A stretch of 39,840 nucleotides of DNA, taken from the NCBI GenBank assembly GCA_963766075.1, contig CAVYAN010000126.1, forward strand, positions 1-39,840, in the 5' to 3' direction. Positions 20,901-32,078 of the stretch are shown here, in pieces. Under the pieces are notes generated by a model. It saw only the letters and a program-made list of their open reading frames with translations. It did not search any database and was not told where the DNA came from. Position numbers and translations under genes: made by a program. Position 1 is the first letter of the stretch; every line of letters starts with the position of its first letter. Source of the DNA: an uncultured cyanobacterium (GTDB lineage Bacteria; Cyanobacteriota; Cyanobacteriia; Leptolyngbyales; Leptolyngbyaceae).

Positions 20901-23638
20901 TCATTTGGCGATTTGCAAACTGGCGACCCGGCGGGCAGCATCCTCTTGGAGTTTTGTCTGACCTTTGATCCTGGTACAAGCGTGCTGCGGTGCGAAAATC
21001 CTCCATGGCCTGGGTTCTGTTGTTACTAAATTGGAAGGCTAGTCCTCGGTTAAAGAAACTATCGGCCAATTCCGGCTGCAAGGCCAAGGCCCGATTGTAA
21101 TTTTGTACGGCCCCGTTGGCATTTTTCATGGCGAGCAATGCGTTGCCCTGATTGTTGTAGGCTCCGGCTTGCACTTTTTTGGACGGATTCAGTTGAATGG
21201 CCCGATTGTAATCTTCCAGCGCGCCTTTAAAGTCGCCAGTCACAGAGCGAGCATTGGCGAGGTTGATGTAGGCTTCTGGGAGGCGCGGATTGTGGGTGAC
21301 GGCGACATTGGCATCTTCCATTGCTTTCTTATAGTCCTTGCGGGCGTAGTAGAGACGACTGCGATTGCTATAGGCATAGGCCAGTTTGGGATTCAGTTCG
21401 ATCGCCCGGTTATAGTCCCGCAGCGCCGCATCTTCATTGCCCAATTTGGCCTGGGCAACCCCCCGATTCACATAGGACAGGGCGTTATTTGGATCGGCTT
21501 CCACGGCTTTGTCATATTCTGCCGATCGCCTCTTGATGGAAGCCCTGGTTGGCCTTGGCTAAGCCCCAGGTATTGAATTTTTGGGAGAGGGCAGCACTGC
21601 CCGTGGATTTGCCACCCTGGGCAAACAGCGGGGCGTTGCCCCAGCCTGCAAGGCGTGCGCCGACTATACCGGCTGTAATCGCCAATCCTCCAATGATCAG
21701 AGCCACGATGGGAAACCCACCTGCGGCGCGCGGCTCCTCAACCACCGGACGATTGCTGCCGGCGGTGACCAAGGATGGTTCCGGCTGATCTTCGAGTTTA
21801 GTAGGCGCATCACCGGGGAGCAAGGAGGGGTCGCTGGTGCGCGGATCAAGTGGGGTCATGTGTAGGTCCGTCGCGGGCAGTTCCGTGCTGGGCGAGACGG
21901 GCTGGGGGGAAACGGGCGAGATGGGGGATAGGGGTGGCTGGGTCATGAGGTCGTCGGGGGAGGTTTCGGGGGGAGTGGGAAGCCGATTGGGATCGCGGGG
22001 TGGATTTTGGGTCGCCCAACGAGGATCTCCGGGGGGCAGCGTTTCCATCTGGAGCCGATGCAGATGGGTTTCACTAATCAAGCTTTCGGAGTCGGGGTTA
22101 AAGAGGATTTCGGCGTCGGTAGGCAGTCCAGCGCGGCTCGACGCAGCGGCAGCCCAGCCATCGGGATCGATAGTTTCGTCTACGCCGATGGTGCCAAAGT
22201 CTGTTATCCCAAAGCCTGTGGTGCCAAAGTCTGTGGTGCCTGGGCCCGTGGCACTCAAGTTCGCCACCCCTGGGTCGGTGGTCATGGGGGGGATCAGGAC
22301 GGGCTCATCGGGATGCTGGAGGCTATTTTCGGTAATCGGGGTAAAATCGGCGATCGCCTCTGCCTCCCAACCCAAGGGATCTAGCTTAGCGGCGGGCTGA
22401 TCCGTCCTATCCAAGCCGGAGGCCAGTCCGGCAGCGGTGAGTCCCGTTGCCAATAATCCTCCCGCTGCTGCCGAGGTGCCCACCACAGGCCGTTCGTACC
22501 AAGGTGTTTCGTCCGTGGCAAACTCCGGCTGTCCCAGGTTGGGGGGAATGGGCGCAGCCCCAAAAATTGGACCGGCATCACCGCTAATATCCGCATCGCT
22601 GAGGCTGAGGGATTGCTGTAATTTCTGGAGTTCCTGGGAAATGGCCTCTGGAGATTGGTTCTCGGCTGCTGCCAGGGATTCGCTTTTTTCTCGATAGCAG
22701 CGCAGGCGCTGGCGATGCTCCCAAATGGGTCGGAGGGTCTGGGATTCCAATTCGATCGCCATGGACTGAGAGAGCCCCAGGCTATGCTGGGCATCGCGGA
22801 GGACGGCGCGATCGCCCAGCAAGGTCAAGCTGATGGCATCGATCTCCGCTCCTTGCTGAAACTGCTGCTCCAAGAGACGGCGGTAGCGATCGGCGGTACT
22901 TTGAATGGGCACGGTCAAAAAGACTTGGCTAGCGGCTTGCCCCTGAATTTCTACTTCCAAAGCGGGTGCTGCGATCGCCAATTTGCGGGCTGCATAGGCA
23001 TGCAGGTCGGCGGCAGTCAGGGTGCCATTGCTATCGGGATCGGCGGCCCCGGTTTCGATGCCTTCTGCCAAATAGCGCGTATAGCTCCAGCCGCCGGGAT
23101 CAGTCAGCTCATGCACCTGCGGATCCCAGGGTTGACTGGGGTTGGCGGCGGTCAAGAGAACGCGGCCTTCGCCCCCCAGTTGACTCCAAGGATCGGCCCA
23201 GTCTCCGGCGCGCACAGGCATATTGCGCAGTTCATCCCGGAAGCACCCGTCTAGAACCACAACCTGGGAGCGGGCGGGACATTGATCTAAGGCTTGGCGT
23301 AGCCACTGGACGGAGAGGGCCGTTGCGGGAATCAGCTTTCCCTGGGAGTCGGCAGCCGTATCCGCAGTGGCTAAGTACAACTGATCATCGCGATCTTGGA
23401 TGCAGTAGCCTGCGTAGAGGAAAAATATTTGATCGGTGGGTTGGCGATCGCCGAGAAAATGCTCAATTCCCGTCAGGGTTTCTGGCAAGTTGTGCTCCCG
23501 CAAATACTCCACAAACTCAAAACCCGCTGCCGATGACTTCAGAACCCGTGCCATTTCAGCCACGTCCTCTACCCACCGCAGGGGATTCAAGCTCGACTGG
23601 CACTGACTTACACCGATTAACAAAGCAACCCTAGACAT
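20901..23638 (-). CDS. Caspase-domain (pseudo-orthocaspase) - low-complexity linker - TM - TPR protein; frameshifts near 21522 and 20965
   Basis: N-terminal RVALLIGVS, LYAGYC, VVLDGCF, YTRYLAEGIETGAAD; TM FPIVALIIGGLAITAGIVG; about six TPRs (AYSNR, AYINLANAR, AYNNQG) in ORF 20887..21504. Confidence 0.8.
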
Positions 23639-24210
23639 GTGCCGTCTCCCGCATTCCTACAGACCAAAACAACTTGATAGACCAACCCAAACTGCCCTGC
23701 CATTTTCAGACCTGCCATTGCCAGAGTGGTATTCCCATTCAGGCGGATATTCCCCTCTAGACAATTTAGCTGCGAAACAATTTAGCTGCGAATACCAGGG
23801 CCAGCCATTCGCCCCTCCATTGTAAAAACGGAACGCGATTGGGCACGACTTTTTTGGCAAAATTCTCTGATAGTCTGGGAAAGGGTGCGATCGCGACTAT
23901 CGCTACTTTGCCCGTAGCAATTTCCAGCGAAGATTTACCTACAGTTTATTTATCTAAATTTATCCGGTTGATTTCGACTTTGGAAAGTAAATTAGAGTAG
24001 AAAAGCCCAAGCTACACAGACCCAAGCTACACAGACTCGACCGGCACAGATATGATAAATACACTTTTCACCCCCATAACCCGCTAGGGTACGATCCAGT
24101 ATCTTCATGATCCCCGATCTAATCTGCGGAACTTTGGCTCCGGGGATTATGTCGCCCTGAGCTACAGGTTTTGTGGAGTCTCACATTTCCTCTCCTGAGA
24201 CTGTTCGCCG

Positions 24211-25344
24211 ATGCCCCAAGTTGCGCTGCCATCCGATTGGTCCTCTCGATTTCTTTTTGATCCCTATGCGGTCTTGGGCATTCCCTTAACCGCAGACGAT
24301 CGCCGTATTACGAGGCGTCTGCGGACGGTGTCCAAGGTTCTCCACCCGGACGTTCAGTCCGTGGAGCTCACGCGGGAATATGCCACCCTGATGCTGGCCA
24401 AGGTCGTTAACCCCGCCTACGAACAGCTCAAACAGGAAAGAGGGCGCAACGAAATTAAAGTCAGGCTGCGGATGCGGGTTCGTCAGCTTAACCGGGATGA
24501 ACCCTGGCGGCCCGAAAGCGACATTGCCCGTCAGTTATTGCAGCATCCGGCTAGCGATGTCGAAGTTTTTTACGAACAGGCCGTCTCCAACCTAGCCGCA
24601 ACGCAATACGAGCCTCTGACCGCCGAAAATTTTGAAGCGGTGACCCGGCAGTTGGTCGAACTCAACTTCGCCTACTTTCAACTGACCATGGGCGAAGGCT
24701 TTTTCCGCAGCGAGCGCCGCACCGGAGTCTTGCCCGCTGCTGCCGCTATCCCGCAGCAGTTTACCCCCACCCCACCCCAGGAAGTTCGGCAGGAATCCTA
24801 CGATCGCCGTCATTATCGCCGTGCTAACCAGTACATGAAACGGTCCGAATGGGCGCTGGCGGTGCAGGAATTGCGAGAGGCGATCAAAATCAAAGCGGAC
24901 GAAGCCGACTACCATGCCCTGCTGGGCATTGCCTACCACTACCAAAAGCTCAACTCGATGGCCAAGGTTTACCTGCGCCAAGCGCTGAAGCTAAAGCCCG
25001 ACCACGCACTGGCCGTGCGGTATGCCACGAAATTAGGCATGGAACTGCCTGCTGGAGTCACCGCCCCCAAGCCGACTCCCAAATCTACCCTGAAGCTTTT
25101 CCCGAAAACGGGCAAAGTTCTGGGTGGTGTGGGTGGGTCTGGCTTGAAGCCGTCGAAGCCACCAGTTGCTTCGGTGAAGCCCAATCCATCCGCACAGGCC
25201 GACGCCGACTCGTCTGCCTCTTCCTCTGAGTTGTCAGGCCCATCTCGTCGATCAGTGTCCTATGTCAGTACCACTACCCCAAAAGCCAAGAAACTGTTGA
25301 ACTGGATTCGGCGGTTGTGGGGGTCGATAGCGGCTAAGAAATGA
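24211..25344 (+). CDS. J-domain protein with C-terminal TPR
   Basis: DPYAVLGI...VLHPD J-domain; AVQELREAIK..ADYHALLG..AKVYLRQALKLKP TPR. Confidence 0.85.
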   Translation: MPQVALPSDWSSRFLFDPYAVLGIPLTADDRRITRRLRTVSKVLHPDVQSVELTREYATLMLAKVVNPAYEQLKQERGRNEIKVRLRMRVRQLNRDEPWRPESDIARQLLQHPASDVEVFYEQAVSNLAATQYEPLTAENFEAVTRQLVELNFAYFQLTMGEGFFRSERRTGVLPAAAAIPQQFTPTPPQEVRQESYDRRHYRRANQYMKRSEWALAVQELREAIKIKADEADYHALLGIAYHYQKLNSMAKVYLRQALKLKPDHALAVRYATKLGMELPAGVTAPKPTPKSTLKLFPKTGKVLGGVGGSGLKPSKPPVASVKPNPSAQADADSSASSSELSGPSRRSVSYVSTTTPKAKKLLNWIRRLWGSIAAKK

Positions 25345-25350
25345 AGCCAG

Positions 25351-26547
25351 TTAGGTGTCAGGCAACTGGTATTGCGCCACAATGCGTTGGGCGAATTCTG
25401 GGACGTGCTGCTCTAGTTTTTCCGGGTGGTGGCGCTTCACATACAGATAGTTGCGGGTGAAGTGGGAGTCAATGGAAAAGCGGGCGTATTCCAGTCCTTT
25501 GGGACCAATGCGCTCGATCACGACGCCCATCAGTTTGGCGGCCCACATGGGCAGGGTAACACCGTTATCGTAGGCAGGGATGCTCTGCTGAACGGCGGCT
25601 TTGCGATCGCCCTGGGAGGTCACGCCTTGGACATTGAGCTGATCCATCACCAAATCCAGCATCTCCTGGCCGCGCTCATTCCGCACGACCAGCCACTGCC
25701 AACCAAAGGGCGCGCCCATGTAGCCCACAACCAAGTCTGCGAGGGAATTCACATAGTCAAAGCAACTCATGCAGGACGGGGCAAACACATCCTTCAGTTG
25801 ATTGGTCTTCAAGCCGAAAAACGGCACCAGCTCTGTGGAGCCATCTTCGTGGCGAAAATGGACGCGGAAGTCCTGCATAAATTCGTAGTGGACGACGGTA
25901 CTGGGCGATCGGCTGGTGGTGTCCAGAAACTTTTGCAGGCCCGCGCGGGTGACATTATCGACACAGGGGGTGCCCAGGACGTAGAGCTTTTCTAGACCGA
26001 GTTGCTTTTCGACGGCGCGCAACGCCTGAATTTGGCAGCCAACCCCAATGACCACAAGGCGCTTGATGCCCGACTGCTCGACCTGTTCCAAAATATTTAG
26101 ATTGGGCGACAGGGTGGGTTTGTTCACCCGCGCGGCCAGCACTTCTTCGGGGGTGCGGGCAATGACGGGTTTGGGCTGAAACCGATCTTCCTCGGTGTTC
26201 TGGACACAAACTACGCCTTCCACCAGACCGCGATTCAGCATTTCAATCGCAATGCTGCTGACAATCCCAGTCCACTGGGCACCGGGAATCGGCTCTTTTT
26301 TCTGAGCGGCCATCATGTCTTGGCTAACGCCGAAATATAGCTCGTCGGGATTGTCGAGGTTGCGGGGGCGATCGTGGGTTTGGGTCTCCAGGTCCGCAAT
26401 CTGCTGATTTAGGAAGGCGCAGGCATCTTTGACGTAGTGAATGTAATGGGTGTCACACAGCCCGCATTCGCTGCACAGTTCCTTGGCCGGACGGCGGCTA
26501 GAGGCTTTTAGGGCTTTTGCTTTTTTGTGGGGTTGGGCCAGGGTCAT
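25351..26547 (-). CDS. bciB: Ferredoxin-dependent 3,8-divinyl chlorophyllide 8-vinyl reductase (FrhB family)
   Basis: KELCSECGLCDT, GAQWTGIVS, IGVGCQ, LGTPCVDN, APSCMSCFDY, KGLEYARFSIDSH. Confidence 0.9.
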   Translation of the reverse strand: MTLAQPHKKAKALKASSRRPAKELCSECGLCDTHYIHYVKDACAFLNQQIADLETQTHDRPRNLDNPDELYFGVSQDMMAAQKKEPIPGAQWTGIVSSIAIEMLNRGLVEGVVCVQNTEEDRFQPKPVIARTPEEVLAARVNKPTLSPNLNILEQVEQSGIKRLVVIGVGCQIQALRAVEKQLGLEKLYVLGTPCVDNVTRAGLQKFLDTTSRSPSTVVHYEFMQDFRVHFRHEDGSTELVPFFGLKTNQLKDVFAPSCMSCFDYVNSLADLVVGYMGAPFGWQWLVVRNERGQEMLDLVMDQLNVQGVTSQGDRKAAVQQSIPAYDNGVTLPMWAAKLMGVVIERIGPKGLEYARFSIDSHFTRNYLYVKRHHPEKLEQHVPEFAQRIVAQYQLPDT

Positions 26548-26739
26548 GGGGAGAAGGAGGTGCTGTGTAGAAAGAGGCGATCTCAGGGTGCCGTTTGGCG
26601 GTGGGCGGCTATTTGCCTATTCTTCAGAGTAACCTAATGTCGGCATGGGGTTGCACTTAAACCGGAATAGCAGTGCTGAGGAGGGAGTCGCCGAGGAGGA
26701 AGTCAGAAGCCGGGAGTCAGGAGCCGGGCCACCAAACCC

Positions 26740-27028
26740 ACAGGTACCTAACGCGATCGCAACGGAGTCACCGGAAATCTCACCGCCCTCGACTGCTCCG
26801 GCATTGGCGGCGATAGCGCCGATCACAAATTCGTGGATGTTTCTGGCAAAGAGCGCTGTTACGGTCAAATGCGGCAGGTTTGGGCACAAAAAGTCCTCAC
26901 CATCTGGAAAATCGTAGGAGCCGTCTCCGGCTATCCCTGCACCCAAGCGGGCAAGCCCTTCACCGTCCAAATGGTCCCAAGCGGGCAAGCCCTTCACCGT
27001 CCAAATGGCCGGCGGCAAACAGATTTAG
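26740..27028 (+). pseudogene. Remnant of a small Cys-containing hypothetical protein gene (no start, in-frame TAA at 26749, 34-bp internal duplication)
   Basis: Frame reads TGT*RDRNGVTGNLTALDCSGIGGDSADHKFVDVSGKERCYGQMRQVWAQKVLTIWKIVGAVSGYPCTQAGKPFTVQM; removing one duplicated unit gives AGGKQI*; a diverged paralogous 3' end at 27662-27766 supports coding origin. Confidence 0.55.
26942..27008. repeat. Perfect 33-bp direct repeat (34-bp period)
   Basis: cccaagcgggcaagcccttcaccgtccaaatgg at 26942-26974 and 26976-27008. Confidence 0.95.
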
Positions 27029-27123
27029 CGGGTGCGCTTGCTAAAATTAGCGAGATCAACCATTCTCGATAGCCGAGTAGAGTTGACCTTTGAAAGCAAC
27101 ATAGTTCATGACCGAGTCAGCCG

Positions 27124-27399
27124 ATGAAATTCGATTGGCATCCAGATAAAGCAAGAACAAACCTCGCCAAACATCAGGTGTCCTTTCAAGAGGCGGCTAC
27201 CGTATTTGAGGATCCTCTGTCGATCACCTTTCCCGATCCCAAGCACTCCAGGGGGGAAGAGCGATGGGTCATCATTGGTCAATCCGCTAATGGCCGATTA
27301 CTCTTTGTTGCACATACCGATCGCGCCAATCTCACCCGAATTATTAGCGCCCGTGAAGCTACCCGTCGAGAACAACGCATTTATGAGGAATTCCTATGA
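27124..27399 (+). CDS. brnT: BrnT family ribonuclease toxin
   Basis: MKFDWHPDKARTNLAKHQVSF..AATVFED...EERWVIIG...RIISAREAT. Confidence 0.92.
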   Translation: MKFDWHPDKARTNLAKHQVSFQEAATVFEDPLSITFPDPKHSRGEERWVIIGQSANGRLLFVAHTDRANLTRIISAREATRREQRIYEEFL

Positions 27400-27641
27400 A
27401 TAGCGACAACCTTGGATCCCTAAATCCTGAAGCCCTAGAAGACGATTTACCCGCCGAATATGATGAAGCACTCCTGCGCGGCCTGCTTAAAAACGGGGTG
27501 CGCGGAAAATATGTTGCCCGCTATCAGGAAGGAACAAACCTGATCAAACTGGACCCTGACCTCGCAGAGGCATTCCCCACGGAGCAAGCCGTCAACGATG
27601 CACTCCGCCAATTGCTCAAAAACGACCGTCTCTCAGCCTAA
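27396..27641 (+). CDS. BrnA-like antitoxin
   Basis: ATGA overlap with brnT; EYD...GVRGKY...LDPDLAEAFPT..AVNDALR. Confidence 0.8.
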   Translation: MNSDNLGSLNPEALEDDLPAEYDEALLRGLLKNGVRGKYVARYQEGTNLIKLDPDLAEAFPTEQAVNDALRQLLKNDRLSA

Positions 27642-27661
27642 TCTTGGCTAATGCCCGATGC

Positions 27662-27766
27662 AAAACCCTGCGCCTCTGGAAAATTCAAGGCGCAGTCTCT
27701 GGCTATGCCTACTCCCCAGCGGGCAAAACCTTCACTATCGAAATGGACAGCGGCAAACGAATTTAG
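27662..27766 (+). pseudogene. Second, diverged copy of the 3' end of the gene remnant at 26740-27028
   Basis: Translates KTLRLWKIQGAVSGYAYSPAGKTFTIEMDSGKRI*, aligning gap-free with KVLTIWKIVGAVSGYPCTQAGKPFTVQMAGGKQI*. Confidence 0.7.
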
Positions 27767-27876
27767 GCAACTTTGGAAGAGATACAGATTATGAGTATGA
27801 CTGCGATGGTCTGCAACCGACCGGAGGTCATCGTCCATCCGATACCCCATTCCACCGAACCTAGAGGATCTGCATC

Positions 27877-28104
27877 ATGAACACCGCCCAAATCAGAACC
27901 GATGGCACCCATCAAATTGTCATCCTCCCCGACGAATTCAGCATGACGGGCACTGAAGTTTATATTAAAAAAGTCGGAACGGCGATCGTGCTGCTTGCCA
28001 AAGAGAATCCCTGGCAAGCGCTCTTTGAAAGCCTCGATCAATTCTCTGAAGATTTGATGACCGATCGCGAACAGCCGCCCCTCGATCGGCGAGAGGCTTT
28101 TTAG
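27877..28104 (+). CDS. vapB: VapB (AbrB/SpoVT-type) antitoxin
   Basis: MNTAQI..DG..Q.V.LP.EF...GTEVYIKKVG...W..LFESLDQFSED.M..REQP. Confidence 0.85.
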   Translation: MNTAQIRTDGTHQIVILPDEFSMTGTEVYIKKVGTAIVLLAKENPWQALFESLDQFSEDLMTDREQPPLDRREAF

Positions 28105-28231
28105 ATGCAATACCTGCTGGATACCAACATTTGCATTTATCTGATTAAGCAAAAACCACCTAAAGTCCTAGCGCGCTTCCAAACCCTGGCTTTATCGGAT
28201 ATTTTCTTCCATTACTGTCGCTGAATTGGAG
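28105..28231 (+). pseudogene. vapC: Truncated VapC PIN-domain toxin
   Basis: MQYLLDTNICIYLIKQKPPKVLARF..., frameshift near 28203, then SSITVAELE in another frame; homology stops at about 28231. Confidence 0.85.
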
Positions 28232-28293
28232 ACAGTTTCACGACAAACCAGAACGGTTTTACCGCAAACCAGAACGGTCTCCCTGGCAACCAA
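28231..28293. repeat. Three degenerate 21-bp tandem repeats at the vapC breakpoint
   Basis: gacagtttcacgacaaaccag / aacggttttaccgcaaaccag / aacggtctccctggcaaccaa. Confidence 0.6.
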
Positions 28294-28376
28294 AGACTCT
28301 ACCTGCAGGCTTCGCCCTTCCGGGCGAAATTGTGGCGGTTAATCAATCCTCATCCCCAAAGGCCGGAGCCTTATCC

Positions 28377-31300
28377 CTAAGACCGGAGAATTTGGAATGT
28401 GGCGATTTGCCAGGGAGCGATGTGGGTGGGCTGGGGGCACTCAATGGGGCGTTCCAGCAGATCCAGGCGATCGCCCACAACTAGCCCTAGGGCATTGGTA
28501 AAGTGCAGTTCTGCGGGTTGGCCTTGGCACTCGTAGCAGCGCAGGATGTAGCTGTGGGGCTGGCCTGGTGGCGAAGATTCGGCAGGCTTGAAAGCCATCA
28601 GCATCAGATTATCGGCTCCCAGGCTAAAAAAGCTGAGTTCTGGGGGTAGGGGAACTGTCGTTGTAGGGCTGGCTGCGATCGCTGGGCTGGCCGCGGTCGT
28701 GGTGCCTAGGGGATGGGGGCGGGGCGATCTCAGCAGCGTTTGCACCCGGCGAGTTGTCTGAGCCGCTTGCCAATTGCCAGAGTGGGGATAAAGGCCATAG
28801 ATAAAGGTGTGGGCACCCTGATCCGCCTGGGGATCGGGCCATCGGGGGCCGCGCAACAGCGTCAGGCGGAGTTGATGGGGTTGGGCATCGTAGCCGTGCT
28901 TGTAGTCACTCCACACACTGATGCCATAGTCGGGTGTGCTGAGGTCAGCCCAGCCCAGGGCGGGAACTTCCCACTGGGCGGCGTGGCGAGCGCGGGGAGC
29001 GTCGGACTGATGACCCTGCTGTGCGCGATCGGGTTGGACCGGGCGCTGAATTACCCCACAGGGAATTTCATAGCTCGCCATGGCTGCCTCTAGGTTCAAG
29101 GGAAAGGCCGCTTTCACCAAAATGTGGGACTCGGTCCAGTCAGGAATCGTGGTTTCAATCTCCACCACATCGCCTCGGAGCCGATAGATTTGCTGCACGT
29201 CAGACTGGCCAATACGGCGGATGACGGCAATGCCGGGGCCGTCGGGGCGATCGGCGGGAACAGCGGCGATGGTCAGAAGGGGGGGTGTCGGCAGGGGGTG
29301 GTCGGCGTAGTTGGGATCGATATTCCAAGCGTCCCAGTACTGGCCGCTGTCTTGGAACACTTGCAGTTGGTTGCCTGGTCCGGCGAGCACTTGGCGCTGG
29401 TGCGGAATATCCCATAGGCTGGACCAGTTGCCCGTGGTTGGATCGACCGTGAGGCGCAAAAACTGATTTTCGAGCACCCAGCGATCGCCTCCGGATAGCT
29501 CTGGCGACAGGTCTGGGTGTTCCCCCGCCGGGGGCTCTGCATCCGGTGTCATCCACAGGCAGCGATAGCCATGGGCCGGAATCGGTCCGTATACTGGGTC
29601 CTCGGCTGGCCAACCCAGGCCATTGAACAGGGAGATCGCCTGCTGGTTTGGCTCCCCGGCGGTGGGCATCGGTCTAGCGATGCGGTGGACAATGGCCTGG
29701 AGCGATCGCTGGATGATCTGCTCACAGGTCTTTTGGGCCGCTGTCCAGGCATGATTAGCATCGGTAAAGACCGCAGGAATCGAGCTACCCGGTAAAATAT
29801 CGTGGAATTGGTTGAACAACACCTGGTGCCAAGCTGTTTCCAGTTCGGCGTGGGGATAGTCTTGGTGCGTGACGATTGCCGCTAAGGTCGCCCACAGTTC
29901 GGCTTCCTGCAATAGCGTTTCACAGGTCCGGTTGAACTGCTTTTGATCCCCATGGGCTGTATAACACCCGCGATGGAATTCCAAGTACAGCTCATCCTGC
30001 CAAACGGGCAAGGGCGGCGATCCTGGCACCCGCTTGGGGCTGAGCGGGGAACCTGAATTCTCAGGATTGTCTGAAGTTTCATGGTCTGAAGCTTTGCAGG
30101 GGCTGGGGCTAATGGGGGCCACGGTAGTGAGATAGTCAATCACCGGAGTGAATTTGAGGGTGGGAAAAAACGGCGAGGTTTGCCACCGCCGCGCCAAGTG
30201 CAGCATATCGCGGGTAGGACCACCGCCATGATCGCCCACGCCGGGTAGCCACAGCGCATCAGCCAGGCCCGTGGCCGTTTCCCACTCCCAGGCGTACTCC
30301 GCCATTTTCACAGGATCGATGCCGGTGCCAATGGGGGCGGACATCAGGCAGACCACGGATGTGCCGTCGGGGGCCTGCCACTGGCAGAGCGCGTGGGGAA
30401 ATTTCGTGGTGTCGTTCCAGCGCAGCTTTTGGGTCACGAAATAGTCAATACCGCCCTGCTTCAGCAGTTGGGGCAGTTGCCCGTTAAACCCAAAGGTGTC
30501 GGGGAGCCAAGCAATTCGACTGATGCTGCCAAATTTTTTCTGGTAGTAGCGCTGTCCGTAGAGGATGTGGCGCACGATGGATTCGCCACTGATCAAGTTC
30601 AGCTCCGGTTCCACCCACAGGCCCCCGATCGCTTCCCAGGTGCCCGCCTGGACTTGGCGGCAAATTTGCTCAAACAGTTGGGGGCGGTGCGCTTCCATCC
30701 AGGCGTAGAGAGCGGGCGTGGAATGGCAAAAAATCAGTTCGGGAAACTCCTGTTGTAGGTGCAAGACGGATTTCAAAGGTTCGTTCTGCTGCCTCCCAGG
30801 TTTCATCGACCGTCCAGAGCCATGCCATGTCTAAATGGGCATGGCCCGTCAGGTGGAGGGTGCGCTGCTTAATCGGGGCCGAGAGCGATAACAGTGCGGA
30901 TCGCAGTTGGGCAAGGCTGGCATCAAAGCGCGGGCGGGTTTGGACGTGTGGCCAGTCAATCTGGGCGATCTCCTGAGCGATCGCGCCTAACTGCTCCGGG
31001 GCAAAGGTTTGGCAATAGGTGTGGATGACGGCCAGTTCATCGGCAATAAAGCTCGGTTCCGGTGCACCGTCTAGGCACTCGTAGGTGCAGACCGACTGCA
31101 CAAGGGCACCGGCATCATGGCCGGGGCTCACCAAGCAGAGGGCGATCGCCACCGTTTCTCCCGGTACGACGGCATCCCGCAGCCGCAATCGCGTGGCACA
31201 GTCAAACAAGTCGCCCTCTTGGACAAGTTGGCCATCGACAAAAACCTGTGCCGATTCGGCCCACCAGGTCAGGGCCAGCCGCAGTTGCAAGCCTTGGAGT

Positions 31301-31584
31301 GGATAACCGGCTAGCTCGGGGGTTAAATCTACGGGGACCTGGATGATTTGGCTGAACCAGCGGACCTGCTGTCCCTGGGGCCATGCCAGATGCTCCTTCT
31401 CATTGGGGGTGGCGATCGCCCAAGTGGACCAAGTGGCGCAATCCAGGGCCGTAGCCGGATCCCCTGGGTAAACACGCCAAGCGGTTTGGATACTGGTTTG
31501 GGTCAGGTGGCGCAAACGATCAATGGCAGGGGCGATCGCGGCGGCCATTTCGGCAGTGGGGACAGACGCAGAAAATGAAGTCAT
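28377..31584 (-). CDS. Alpha-mannosidase (GH38); frameshift near 30772
   Basis: GHAHLDMAWLW, GGLWVEP, AWLPDTFG, GVGDHGGGP, ELYLEFHRG, FNQFHDILPGS. Confidence 0.92.
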
Positions 31585-32078
31585 GGGGTATTCAGAAAAC
31601 GACGGGCCGCCCAGCCTTTCACCTGCTGATATTCTACCGGCACCCAGGTTTCCCCATCCCGAACAGCGCCGGGGCCAGTAATTTGCACCCCGGTACTGCC
31701 GCAGGGAATCGAGTTAATCCGAGGGCTGAGGCCGGGAGCACTGCGGACGTTAAGCACCTGGGCTCCGGCGGGACAGACAACCCGCTGTCCGCTGGAATTG
31801 ACGGCGGGAGTAAACAGGGCTTGGGCAGGCGTATTCGGATTGGCGGGGCTAGGGCTGGGGCTAGGGCTGGCCGCTGTTTGGGGCGGTTTAATCCAGTTGC
31901 CAAGGCCCGTGGCGTTGATCAGTTCAGGCGGAACAGATCCACTGGTGAACCAGCGAAATAGCCCTGCCAGCAAGAGGCCCAACACCGCCAACCCCATCAA
32001 GGAAAAGGCTTTTTGGACAACGTTGAGGAATAGCACGACTAGGAGCACTAGCGCGAGGAGCACCAAGAGTTCTGACAT
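31581..32078 (-). CDS. Membrane-anchored bacterial SH3 (SH3b) domain protein
   Basis: Two N-terminal hydrophobic segments, Pro/Ser linker, LNVRSAPG...WVPVEY..VKGWAARRFL; stop overlaps the GH38 start. Confidence 0.8.
   Translation of the reverse strand: MSELLVLLALVLLVVLFLNVVQKAFSLMGLAVLGLLLAGLFRWFTSGSVPPELINATGLGNWIKPPQTAASPSPSPSPANPNTPAQALFTPAVNSSGQRVVCPAGAQVLNVRSAPGLSPRINSIPCGSTGVQITGPGAVRDGETWVPVEYQQVKGWAARRFLNTP

Noticed and set aside
21549..23634. Several 80-220 aa + strand ORFs overlapping the caspase-domain gene
   Set aside because: Antisense shadows of a GC-rich low-complexity coding region with no domain motifs
25351..26547. F420-reducing hydrogenase beta subunit implying methanogen-like metabolism
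   Set aside because: In cyanobacteria this FrhB-family protein is the chlorophyll 8-vinyl reductase BciB; no hydrogenase subunits are adjacent
26617..27018. ORFs 26617..27018 (-) and 26645..26917 (+) as real genes
   Set aside because: The frame conserved in the paralogous copy at 27662-27766 is the third one (WKI.GAVSGY), so these are probably shadows
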